This document shows, piece by piece, positions 8,486 through 15,687 of a DNA stretch of 32,000 bases; the first letter of the stretch is position 1; the number at the start of each line of letters is the position of its first letter. This DNA is from Cupriavidus necator (GTDB lineage: Bacteria > Pseudomonadota > Gammaproteobacteria > Burkholderiales > Burkholderiaceae). Made by a program: the position numbers and the translations under genes. The DNA lies in contig NZ_CP066018.1 of assembly GCF_016127575.1 (NCBI RefSeq), positions 3,840,001-3,872,000 of the forward strand. The letters are read 5' to 3'. Below the pieces are notes generated by a model. It saw nothing but the letters and a program-made list of their open reading frames with translations, was not told the origin of the DNA and did not search any database.

Positions 8486-9078
8486 GCGAGATCATCAAAT
8501 CCCACGGCTTCACCAATGAAGTCCTCGACTGGAAGGCCTGGCTGGACGTGGTCGAACTCGACCAGGCCACGCCCGAGCAGGTCGCCGTACTCGAAGAGAG
8601 CCACCCCAAGGCCAAGGTCCAGGATTACTACCGCTTCCTGGTGCACCAGCCCGAAATCCTGCGCCAGCGCTCCACCGCCTTCAACGCCATCATGTACGCC
8701 CCCGGCGGCATGCCGCGTGCCGAACGCGAGCTCTCCACCACGGTGGTATCGCGCATCAATGGCTGCGTCTACTGCGCATCGGTGCATGCGCAGCGCTTCG
8801 AACAACTGGCCAAGCGCAACGACGTGATCCGCCAGGTGTTCGACGATCCCCATACCGCCGGCACGACTGCGCGCGAACAGGCAATCGCGAAGTTCTCGAT
8901 CGAACTGACCGAGCGGCCCGCCGAAGTCACTGCCGAGCAGCTCAAGCCGTTGCGGGAAGCGGGCGTCACGGATGCGGAAATCCTGGACCTGATCCACTCG
9001 ATCGCCATCTTTGCCTGGGCGAACCGGCTGATGCTGAACCTGGGCGAGCCGGTGTTTCCGGAGCAATCCGGGGAGTAA
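8482..9078 (+). CDS. Peroxidase-related AhpD-like protein with a CxxC motif
   Basis: The ATGA start overlaps the previous stop. The redox motif GCVYCASVH is typical of the alkylhydroperoxidase AhpD core. I recall this as the 'Avi_7169-type' partner family. Confidence 0.75.
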   Translation: MSEIIKSHGFTNEVLDWKAWLDVVELDQATPEQVAVLEESHPKAKVQDYYRFLVHQPEILRQRSTAFNAIMYAPGGMPRAERELSTTVVSRINGCVYCASVHAQRFEQLAKRNDVIRQVFDDPHTAGTTAREQAIAKFSIELTERPAEVTAEQLKPLREAGVTDAEILDLIHSIAIFAWANRLMLNLGEPVFPEQSGE

Positions 9079-9112
9079 GCCGTCAGGCGCCAGCCGCAAT
9101 GCGCGCGGGCGC

Positions 9113-9448
9113 TCAGCCCGCGCTGTGATGCACCGCCAGCCAGACACTGGGCTGGCTGGCATCGGTCCACGCCACCCGGTGGCGGCAGTGGGCCGGAAGA
9201 TGCAGCCAATCCCCCGGCTTCATGGGATACAAGCCGGACTGGCCTTCGATCTCGATGGCGGCGCTGCCGCTGACCAGCAGCACCCATTCCGCCTCTGCGC
9301 TGTCGTACCAGAAGCCCTCAGGACTGGCCTGCCCGTTGGAGACGATGCGCTCGATCCGCAGCCCGGGCCGTTCCAGCAGCGGCTGGAAAAGTTCCTGCGC
9401 CGCGCCGGCCGGGACGTCCGCCAGCAGGTTTCCGTGTTCAGGCTGCAT
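9113..9448 (-). CDS. Small cupin-domain protein
   Basis: 111 aa, with an AGGAGG SD upstream. The cupin beta-barrel signature is WVLLVSGSAAIEIEG...GDWLHLPAHCRHRV. Confidence 0.75.
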   Translation of the reverse strand: MQPEHGNLLADVPAGAAQELFQPLLERPGLRIERIVSNGQASPEGFWYDSAEAEWVLLVSGSAAIEIEGQSGLYPMKPGDWLHLPAHCRHRVAWTDASQPSVWLAVHHSAG

Positions 9449-9487
9449 GCTGCCTCCTGGAAGGGAAGTCGTGGTTGCCGACCCCGG

Positions 9488-12400
9488 TCAGTTACCCGGC
9501 CCCGGCGCCAGTACGTCGCGCGCGCCGTTGCGGCCCATCGGCGACACCAATCCGGCCACCTCCATCTGCTCGATCAGGCGTGCCGCGCGGTTGTAGCCGA
9601 TGCGCAGCTGGCGCTGCACGGCGGAGATCGAGGCGCGGCGGCTGGTCAGCACAAAGCTGGCGGCTTCGTCGTAGAGCGGGTCGGCCTCGCCGTCGCCGCC
9701 GCTGTCGCCGAACAGGTCGGTGCTGCCGGCCTCGGCCGGGTCGCCGGCAAGGATGGTTTCATCGTAGTCCGGCTCGCCGAACTGCTTCCAGTGTTCCACC
9801 ACGCGGTGCACTTCGTCGTCGGCAACAAAAGCGCCATGCACGCGCTGCGGATAGCCGGTGCCAGGCGGCAGGAACAGCATGTCGCCCTGGCCGAGCAGGC
9901 TCTCGGCGCCCATCTGGTCAAGGATGGTGCGCGAATCGATCTTGGACGAGACCTGGAACGCCACGCGCGTCGGGATATTGGCCTTGATCAGGCCGGTGAT
10001 CACGTCCACCGAGGGGCGCTGCGTGGCCAGGATCAGGTGGATGCCGGCGGCGCGCGCCTTCTGCGCCAGGCGCGCGATCAGTTCCTCGATCTTCTTGCCG
10101 GCGACCATCATCAGGTCGGCCAGTTCGTCGATCACCACCACGATCATCGGCAGGCGCGACAGCGGCTCGGGCGCGTCCGGCGTCAGCGAGAACGGGTTCG
10201 GCACTTTGCGCTCGGCGGCCTCCGCGGCGCGGATCTTCTGGTTGTAGCCGGCCAGGTTGCGCACGCCCAGAGCCGACATCAGCTTGTAGCGCTTTTCCAT
10301 CTCGCCGACGCACCAGTTGAGCGCGTGCGCGGCCTGCTTCATGTCGGTGACCACCGGCGCCAGCAGGTGGGGGATGCCCTCATAGACCGACAGTTCCAGC
10401 ATCTTGGGGTCGATCATGATCAGGCGCACATCTTCGGGCGTGGCCTTGTACAGCATCGACAGGATCATGGCATTGACCGCCACCGACTTGCCCGAGCCGG
10501 TGGTGCCGGCCACCAGCAGGTGCGGCGCGCGTGCCAGGTCGGTCACCACCGGATTGCCGGTGATGTCCTTGCCCATGGCCAGCACCAGCCGCGAATGGTG
10601 CGCCTGGAACGAGGCCGCGTTGACGATCTCCGACAGCCGGATCATCTGCCGGCGCGCATTGGGCAGCTCCAGCCCCATGCAGGTCTTGCCGGGAATGGTC
10701 TCGACCACGCGGATCGAGGTCACGCCCAGCGCGCGCGCCAGGTCCTTCATCAGTCCGACCACCTGGGCGCCGCGCACGCCCATGGCGGGCTCGACCTCGA
10801 AGCGGGTGATCACCGGGCCGGCGCCGGCGCCGACCACGGCGACTGGCACCTTGAACTCGGCCAGCCGCTGGGCGATCAGCTCGCCGGTTTCGCGCAGGCG
10901 TTCTTCCGACACCTGTTCGGCGCTGTCGACACCGGTCTCCAGCAGGTCGGCCGGTGGCAGGCGGTAGTCAACGATGGGGCGCGGCGGCGGCGGCGCGACC
11001 GGCACCGGCACGGGCGCAGGCTGGGCGGTAGCCAGCGGCACGGTGCGGCCGACCACGGCGGGCAGCACGATGCGCGGCTTGGCGGCCGGGACCGGAGCCT
11101 GGTTCAGTGCAGGCGCCTCAGCGGGCTCAGGGACTTCCGGGGCCTCGGTCGCTTCAGGCAGTGCTGCTGCCTCGGCAGGCTCGGCCGCATCGGGTTCCGC
11201 CTCCTCGGCGATCAGGCCGTTGCCGTCCATCAATCCGTCCGGTTCGCTGTCCTCCGCGGGTGCCGGGGTGCTGGCATCGAGAGCGCTGCCCTCTTCCATC
11301 GCGGAGCTTGCCACGGCCTGGGCTACTGCCTCGGCGCCGGTGATATCCAGTGCGGGCACGGCTGCTGCCAGCGCTTCGGGTTCCCCAATGACAACGGCGT
11401 GATCTCCGCTCCTCGCTTCGGCTTCGGCTTCGGCTTCGGCTTCGGCTTCGGCTTCGGCTTCGGCTTCGGCTGGCAGGGTGACGGTAGCCAGTGCTTGCGG
11501 TTCTGCGTCGCCGGCAATGTCCGGCGCCGAATCCGGCACAGCCGCGTCCAGTTGTTGCGGTTGCGGCGCAGCCGCTTGCGGCACTACCGGCTTGCCGGCC
11601 AGCGCCTGCAACTCGGCCAGCAGGTCAAGGGCTTCCTGCCGGATCGCGGCAAGCGTGGCTTCGTCGGCTTCGGCCGGCACGGCTTCCGGCGCAATATCGC
11701 CAACGATATCGGTGTCTGCGGACACTGGTTCCATGGCAGGCGCTTCGGGCACTGCCACTACCTCAGGTTCCGGGCTGGTAGCCGGCTGCGCGGGAGCGGC
11801 CACGGCTTGCGTGGCGCCAGTGGGCGCCGGCGCAGCGGCGGCGGCTTCGGCTTCGGCTTCGGCCGGCGCGGATACGGCGGCAGCTACGGTGACTGAAGCA
11901 GCGGCCGCGGCGATACTCTTGCCGGAAGCCTCGGGCAGCGTCGTAATCGCCGAACGCACCAGCGGCTGCGGCTGGCGGAACGGGCTGCTGACGACCGTGC
12001 CGCGCAGGGACTGCGCCGGCCGCGGCGCCGGAGCCGGAGCCGGTGAAGGGGCTGCCGTCGGGGCCGGCCTGCGCGCCGCCGGCTGGGCCGGACGCGGCGC
12101 CGGTGCCGCCGCCACGGGTGCGGGCGGCGCGGCGCGCGCCGGCTTGACCGCGCCCGGCGACTCGGCGTGGTGCAGCCAGATCTCGCCCGGCTGCGGCGGG
12201 GATTCACGCGTGCGGCGCGGCGGTTGCCAGGCGGGCTGGCGGCGCGCCGAGACCGCCTCAAAGCTGCGATGGCGCGTGGCGGGCGCGGTCCAGCCGGGGG
12301 TGCCTGCCGCCGGCGCATCGCGGCGCTCTGCGTCGCGCATCGGCTGGGTGGCAGCAAAGGAAACCGGCGGCTCTTCCGGCGCCGCGTCAGGCGCGGCGGC

Positions 12401-12760
12401 GCGGCGCGGCTTGCGCGAGAACAGGCTGCGCCAGGTTTCACCGAACACCATCGGCGCGGCCAGCGCCAGCACGCCCAGCATCAACAGCAAGGCACCGGTC
12501 CAGCCGAACAGGTTGCCCATCATGCCGGCCAGCGCGCGGCCGGCCGAACCGCCAGCGCTCGATTCCGGATCGGTGCCGCTGGTCAGCGCTTCGAGGCAGG
12601 CGCTCGCGCACAGCACGGCGAGCGTGCCGAGCCAGACGCGCAATGAGCCGGGCCCTGCCAGCCGGCGCTCGCCGGCGAGCCAGCGCGTCACCAGCCGCCA
12701 GACCAGCGGCACTATCCAGAAAGTCGAAAATCCGAACCAGCCAAAACCCATTATCGACAT
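9488..12760 (-). CDS. ftsK: DNA translocase FtsK (paralogue-like: short membrane anchor, long Pro/Ala/Glu linker)
   Basis: Walker A is [12 protein letters not shown] and Walker B is [12 protein letters not shown]. The C-terminal gamma winged helix is [24 protein letters not shown]. The track start 12868 adds 36 non-FtsK-like residues, so I prefer the ATG at 12760 ([11 protein letters not shown]...). The start remains uncertain because no SD is present. Confidence 0.9.
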   Translation of the reverse strand: MSIMGFGWFGFSTFWIVPLVWRLVTRWLAGERRLAGPGSLRVWLGTLAVLCASACLEALTSGTDPESSAGGSAGRALAGMMGNLFGWTGALLLMLGVLALAAPMVFGETWRSLFSRKPRRAAAPDAAPEEPPVSFAATQPMRDAERRDAPAAGTPGWTAPATRHRSFEAVSARRQPAWQPPRRTRESPPQPGEIWLHHAESPGAVKPARAAPPAPVAAAPAPRPAQPAARRPAPTAAPSPAPAPAPRPAQSLRGTVVSSPFRQPQPLVRSAITTLPEASGKSIAAAAASVTVAAAVSAPAEAEAEAAAAAPAPTGATQAVAAPAQPATSPEPEVVAVPEAPAMEPVSADTDIVGDIAPEAVPAEADEATLAAIRQEALDLLAELQALAGKPVVPQAAAPQPQQLDAAVPDSAPDIAGDAEPQALATVTLPAEAEAEAEAEAEAEAEAEARSGDHAVVIGEPEALAAAVPALDITGAEAVAQAVASSAMEEGSALDASTPAPAEDSEPDGLMDGNGLIAEEAEPDAAEPAEAAALPEATEAPEVPEPAEAPALNQAPVPAAKPRIVLPAVVGRTVPLATAQPAPVPVPVAPPPPRPIVDYRLPPADLLETGVDSAEQVSEERLRETGELIAQRLAEFKVPVAVVGAGAGPVITRFEVEPAMGVRGAQVVGLMKDLARALGVTSIRVVETIPGKTCMGLELPNARRQMIRLSEIVNAASFQAHHSRLVLAMGKDITGNPVVTDLARAPHLLVAGTTGSGKSVAVNAMILSMLYKATPEDVRLIMIDPKMLELSVYEGIPHLLAPVVTDMKQAAHALNWCVGEMEKRYKLMSALGVRNLAGYNQKIRAAEAAERKVPNPFSLTPDAPEPLSRLPMIVVVIDELADLMMVAGKKIEELIARLAQKARAAGIHLILATQRPSVDVITGLIKANIPTRVAFQVSSKIDSRTILDQMGAESLLGQGDMLFLPPGTGYPQRVHGAFVADDEVHRVVEHWKQFGEPDYDETILAGDPAEAGSTDLFGDSGGDGEADPLYDEAASFVLTSRRASISAVQRQLRIGYNRAARLIEQMEVAGLVSPMGRNGARDVLAPGPGN
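11415..11468. repeat. Perfect hexanucleotide microsatellite (GCTTCG)x9, encoding (Glu-Ala)n in the FtsK linker
   Basis: Nine uninterrupted GCTTCG units, counted directly. On the coding strand this is (GAAGCC)n = EAEAEA... Confidence 0.95.
11843..11860. repeat. Second, shorter copy of the same microsatellite, (GCTTCG)x3
   Basis: Counted directly. It encodes AEAEAEA in the same linker. Confidence 0.9.
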
Positions 12761-12782
12761 GCCATGTTCAAAACTACGGGCA

Positions 12783-12886
12783 GCGATTGTAGCGGTTATG
12801 GCAGGCGGCGATTGAATCGGAAAGCGCAAATATTCGTAACGCAGCGCGTTTCCGGGGCGATTGCGCAACGATCCCCTGTGCGATTC
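12783..12886. promoter_or_regulatory. Four same-orientation GCGATT(G) motifs in the ftsK / REC-EAL divergent intergenic region
   Basis: GCGATTG occurs at 12783, 12808 and 12857, and GCGATTC at 12880. An inverted CGATTGG lies at 12961-12967. A TACAAT -10-like hexamer (minus strand, 12786-12791) overlaps the first motif. TTGCGCAA at 12861-12868 is a perfect palindrome. Confidence 0.3.
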
Positions 12887-13004
12887 CGCATGCCAGCGGC
12901 GCCAGACTTTGCGCCATCCGGTGGTTGGCGCAGCGGCGCCGCGCTACCATGCGGCAACCCCCAATCGAATTGCACTCCGGCGGCCCGCCGCCTTCCCCTC
13001 CCCC

Positions 13005-14231
13005 ATGCCGATCCGCTACGCCAGGCTGCGCATTCTTGTCGTCGAAGACCATCCGTTCCAGCGCGTCGCGGCCAAGGGGCTGCTGCGGTATCTGGGCGTG
13101 CAGACCCTGGTTTCAGCTGAAAACGGCACGCAGGCGGCCGAGATCCTTGCACGCCAACCGTTCGACATCGTGTTCTGCGACATCGAAATGCCTGGCGGCA
13201 ACGGCCCCGAGCTGATTGCCGAACTGCACCGGCGCGGGCAGCATGCCTTTGCCGGGACGGCGCCGGTATGGGTCTGGGTGACGGCGCTGGCGGAGGACAT
13301 CCTGGATTCAAACCGCGGCCTGGCGCACGCCGCCGGCATCCCGCGCGTGCACGCGCTGCGCAAGCCGCTGTCGCGCGATGCGGTGGAAGAGATCCTGGCC
13401 GATGCGCTGGTGCGCCAGCCTGTTAGCGAATCCACCACGCCGGCGTGGTCGCCCGACGACGCAGAACTGGTCCCCGCCACCCGCTCGGGCACGGACCTGC
13501 TGGTCATGCTGCAGCCCCAGCACGAGATTGCCAGTGGCCGGCTGGCCGGTGCCGAGGCACTGGTGCGCTGGCGCCATCCCGAACACGGTCTGGTGCAGCC
13601 CGACCTCTTTATCCCACGGCTCGAAGCGCTCGACGCGGCCGACCCGGTGTTCTTCTTCGTGGCCCGCCAGTGCCTGGCAGCGCAGCAGCGGCTGCGCGCG
13701 GCGGGCATCCACATCACGCTGGGCATCAATGCCTCGGCGCAAACCCTGTGCCGGCCCGGTGTGCTGGAGACGTTCGATGCCCTGGTGACCGCCAGCGGCG
13801 TGCCGCGGCACGCGCTGACGGTGGAATTGACCGAGGGCTATCCGGTGCCCGATACGCTGGCGCTGTCGGTCGCGCTGAACCGCTTGCGGCTGCTCGGCTA
13901 CGGCGTGGCGATCGACGATTTCGGCGTTGGCATCGCCACGCTCAGGCTGCTGGCGGACCTGCCTTTCACGCAGTTGAAGCTCGACCGCTCGTTCGTTGTC
14001 GAGGTCGACGGGCATGGCCAGCGTGCCGCGATCTGCCGCAACATGATCAACCTGGCGCGCGAGCTGGGCCTGGAGTGCGTGGCCGAAGGCGTCGAGACCG
14101 ACGCCCAGCGCGCAGCGCTGCTGGCGCTGCGCTGCCCGCTGGGCCAGGGCTACCTGTGGTCCGCGCCCAAGCCGGCCGAGGTCTTCATCGCGGATGCCAT
14201 CGACCGGGCGGCAGTCACGCCGGCGGCGTGA
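13005..14231 (+). CDS. Response regulator with receiver (REC) and EAL (c-di-GMP phosphodiesterase) domains
   Basis: The REC domain shows RILVVEDH, DIVFCDIEMPG (phospho-acceptor Asp) and LRKPL. The EAL domain shows GAEALVRW, LTVELTEG, AIDDFGVG, QLKLDRSF, VAEGVET and GQGYLW. I prefer the ATG at 13005 (MPIRYARL) to the track start 12861. Confidence 0.85.
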   Translation: MPIRYARLRILVVEDHPFQRVAAKGLLRYLGVQTLVSAENGTQAAEILARQPFDIVFCDIEMPGGNGPELIAELHRRGQHAFAGTAPVWVWVTALAEDILDSNRGLAHAAGIPRVHALRKPLSRDAVEEILADALVRQPVSESTTPAWSPDDAELVPATRSGTDLLVMLQPQHEIASGRLAGAEALVRWRHPEHGLVQPDLFIPRLEALDAADPVFFFVARQCLAAQQRLRAAGIHITLGINASAQTLCRPGVLETFDALVTASGVPRHALTVELTEGYPVPDTLALSVALNRLRLLGYGVAIDDFGVGIATLRLLADLPFTQLKLDRSFVVEVDGHGQRAAICRNMINLARELGLECVAEGVETDAQRAALLALRCPLGQGYLWSAPKPAEVFIADAIDRAAVTPAA

Positions 14232-14238
14232 GCTGGCC

Positions 14239-14805
14239 CTACTGCGCGGCCCGGAACGGATACTTGGCAAAGATCTGCGCCACGGTCTTGTCGATGCGCT
14301 GCTGGGCACTGGTCTTGTCGCTGGTGTCCACGCTGCCCACCGCCACGCCTTCCCAGACCAGCTTCATCTGGCGCCGGTCGACCAGGTCGATGTTGACCGT
14401 GCCTTCGGTGTAGGTATAGACGTCGTTATAGAAGCCGTAGCCCGGCCACGGCGCATACAGCCCGCCGCGATAACCGTAATACCCCATCATCGGCGTCGGC
14501 GCCGGGCTGACCTGGACCTTCTCCTGCAGCCGGGCATTGAAGTTGACCAGCAAGTCCGGCGACTGCGCCGCATAGCGGTAGCCGCGCGCGGTCAGTTCCC
14601 GCTGCACGGCAGACTTGAAGTACTGGGTGGTCAGGCTTTCATAGCCCTGGCGGTCGGTGCCGAGATGCTCGACGAAGCCAAAGCTGCGGTAGGCACTGAA
14701 GTCAGTGCTGCGATTGTAGTCAGTCTTGATGTCGGGCACGCTGGCGCAGCCTGACAGGACCAGCGCCGCGGCCACGACGGGAAAGAGCTGCCGGAAGGGT
14801 TTCAC
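14239..14805 (-). CDS. DUF4136-type outer-membrane/periplasmic lipoprotein
   Basis: The lipobox is VLSGC followed by ASVPDIKTDYNRSTDFSAY. The C-terminal segment is GTVNIDLVDRRQMKLVWEG. A GTG start at 14805 is preceded by GGAGAT with 6-7 nt spacing, and I prefer it to the track start 14862. Confidence 0.7.
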   Translation of the reverse strand: MKPFRQLFPVVAAALVLSGCASVPDIKTDYNRSTDFSAYRSFGFVEHLGTDRQGYESLTTQYFKSAVQRELTARGYRYAAQSPDLLVNFNARLQEKVQVSPAPTPMMGYYGYRGGLYAPWPGYGFYNDVYTYTEGTVNIDLVDRRQMKLVWEGVAVGSVDTSDKTSAQQRIDKTVAQIFAKYPFRAAQ

Positions 14806-14864
14806 GATACATCTCCATGATGTCCGCGGCAGCGCGCACATGCAGCCACGCGCAAGCGCCACCG

Positions 14865-14882
14865 GCGCCGGAACGCCGGCGC
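14865..14882. other. GC hairpin (7-bp stem GCGCCGG/CCGGCGC, loop AACG) in the lipoprotein 5' leader
   Basis: Perfect inverted repeat read directly. No U-tract follows on either strand. Confidence 0.4.
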
Positions 14883-14907
14883 ACCGTACGCCATCTGACC
14901 CGATGGG

Positions 14908-15073
14908 CTAGTGTCCTGTTCCGCAGATGGCTTGCCAAAATGAAATCGTCCAGTTGATCGTCAGGCTAAACGCGAGGAGGCGCCATAGCCGTAGCTATGG
15001 CAACGACGAGCAACGACGCATGGCGGCCAACTGGGCGATTTCATGGCAAGGTATTTGCGGAACAGGGCACTAG
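14908..15073. repeat. 166-bp palindromic element (46-49-nt imperfect inverted arms around a 71-nt core that has its own hairpin)
   Basis: The left arm is 14908-14956 and the right arm is 15028-15073. By my nucleotide-by-nucleotide pairing they give 41 Watson-Crick pairs, 4 G-T pairs, 1 mismatch and a 3-nt bulge. The core holds the perfect hairpin GCCATAGC-CGTA-GCTATGGC (14982-15001) and a tandem GCAACGACG x2. The right terminus contains the doxX stop codon (15070-15072). Confidence 0.8.
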
Positions 15074-15489
15074 TTCAGCTTGCCATTGATGCCGCCCACG
15101 CTGAACCGGCCCGCCCCCAGCAGGGCCACCGCCAGCGCCGCGGCCAGGAACATCCCCTGCAACTCAAGCGCCCAGCCGCCGGTATCGGACAGCATGCCGA
15201 GCTGCTTGGTATGCACCAGCGCCACCGCAAACACCATGTTGATGGCAACGATCAGCGCCGCCAGCCGGCTCCACAGCCCGATGATCAGCAGGATCGGGGC
15301 CACGACTTCCCCAATGTAGACGCCGTAGGCCAGCCATGCCGGCAAGCCGGCGTCGGCGACCACCTTCCCCACAAAGCCCATGCCGGACGCACCGGTCAGC
15401 TTGGCGATGCCGTGCATCAGGATCAACACGCCAAGCACGATGCGCAGCAGCGCCTTGCCCAAGTCCTGGGAACCCTGAGAGCCACCCAT
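15070..15489 (-). CDS. doxX: DoxX-family inner-membrane protein
   Basis: I prefer the ATG at 15489 (MGGSQGSQDLGKALLRIVLGVLILMHGIAKL...), preceded by AAGGAGA at 6 nt. The protein is 139 aa with 3-4 TM helices, typical of DoxX. The extension to track start 15666 is Arg-rich non-coding-looking sequence. Confidence 0.8.
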   Translation of the reverse strand: MGGSQGSQDLGKALLRIVLGVLILMHGIAKLTGASGMGFVGKVVADAGLPAWLAYGVYIGEVVAPILLIIGLWSRLAALIVAINMVFAVALVHTKQLGMLSDTGGWALELQGMFLAAALAVALLGAGRFSVGGINGKLN

Positions 15490-15687
15490 GGCCGTTCTCC
15501 TTGCCGTTGTCTGTCGAGTTGGTTGTCGAAGCCAAGCGCCTTTACCCTCACGCGCAAGGTTCGCCCCCTGTACCTTAGTGCGAGGCGGCGTGAAGGTAAA
15601 GCCGCAAATACGAGACTGCCTGGTGGCCGGGATGCGACCGGCACACCACCTCGCCAATCCCGCCATGCCGTATCCGGAAGGCCTGCG

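Noticed and set aside
11415-11468. Tandem repeat considered as a possible CRISPR-like array
   Set aside because: The unit is only 6 nt with no spacers. It lies inside a validated coding frame, where it reads as (Glu-Ala)n. It is a coding microsatellite.
9125-11896. 923-aa plus-strand ORF, the longest plus-strand ORF in the region
   Set aside because: It lies entirely antisense to the well-supported ftsK gene. Its composition is Arg/Gly/Ala/His-rich with no recognisable motif. Its GFGFGFGF run is only the mirror image of the (EA)n microsatellite. This is a typical shadow ORF of a high-GC genome.
12761-12868. 36-codon N-terminal extension of ftsK, and similar track extensions for tmk (to 23828), doxX (to 15666), azoR (from 16638), ltnD (from 28292), NRDE (from 25711) and others
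   Set aside because: The extensions are Arg/Pro/Ala-rich, overlap neighbouring genes or intergenic promoters, and lack SD sequences. The internal starts restore canonical N-termini such as the P-loop, Rossmann fold or signal peptide, usually with a good SD.
14997-15089. 30-codon plus-strand ORF (MATTSNDAWRPTGRFHGKVFAEQGTSSACH) inside the palindromic element, downstream of a GAGGAGG box
   Set aside because: The GAGGAGG box ends 16 nt before the ATG, which is too far for a canonical SD. The ATG is buried in the 14982-15001 hairpin. The ORF runs antisense into doxX, and its existence is largely forced by the inverted repeat. It is worth revisiting only if a plus-strand transcript is found.
14720-15100. 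Mirror-image peptides at the starts of track ORFs 14720..14938 (-, MASHLRNRTLA...) and 15043..16560 (+, MARYLRNRALV...)
   Set aside because: The similarity is a direct consequence of the inverted repeat arms being translated on opposite strands. It is not evidence of coding.
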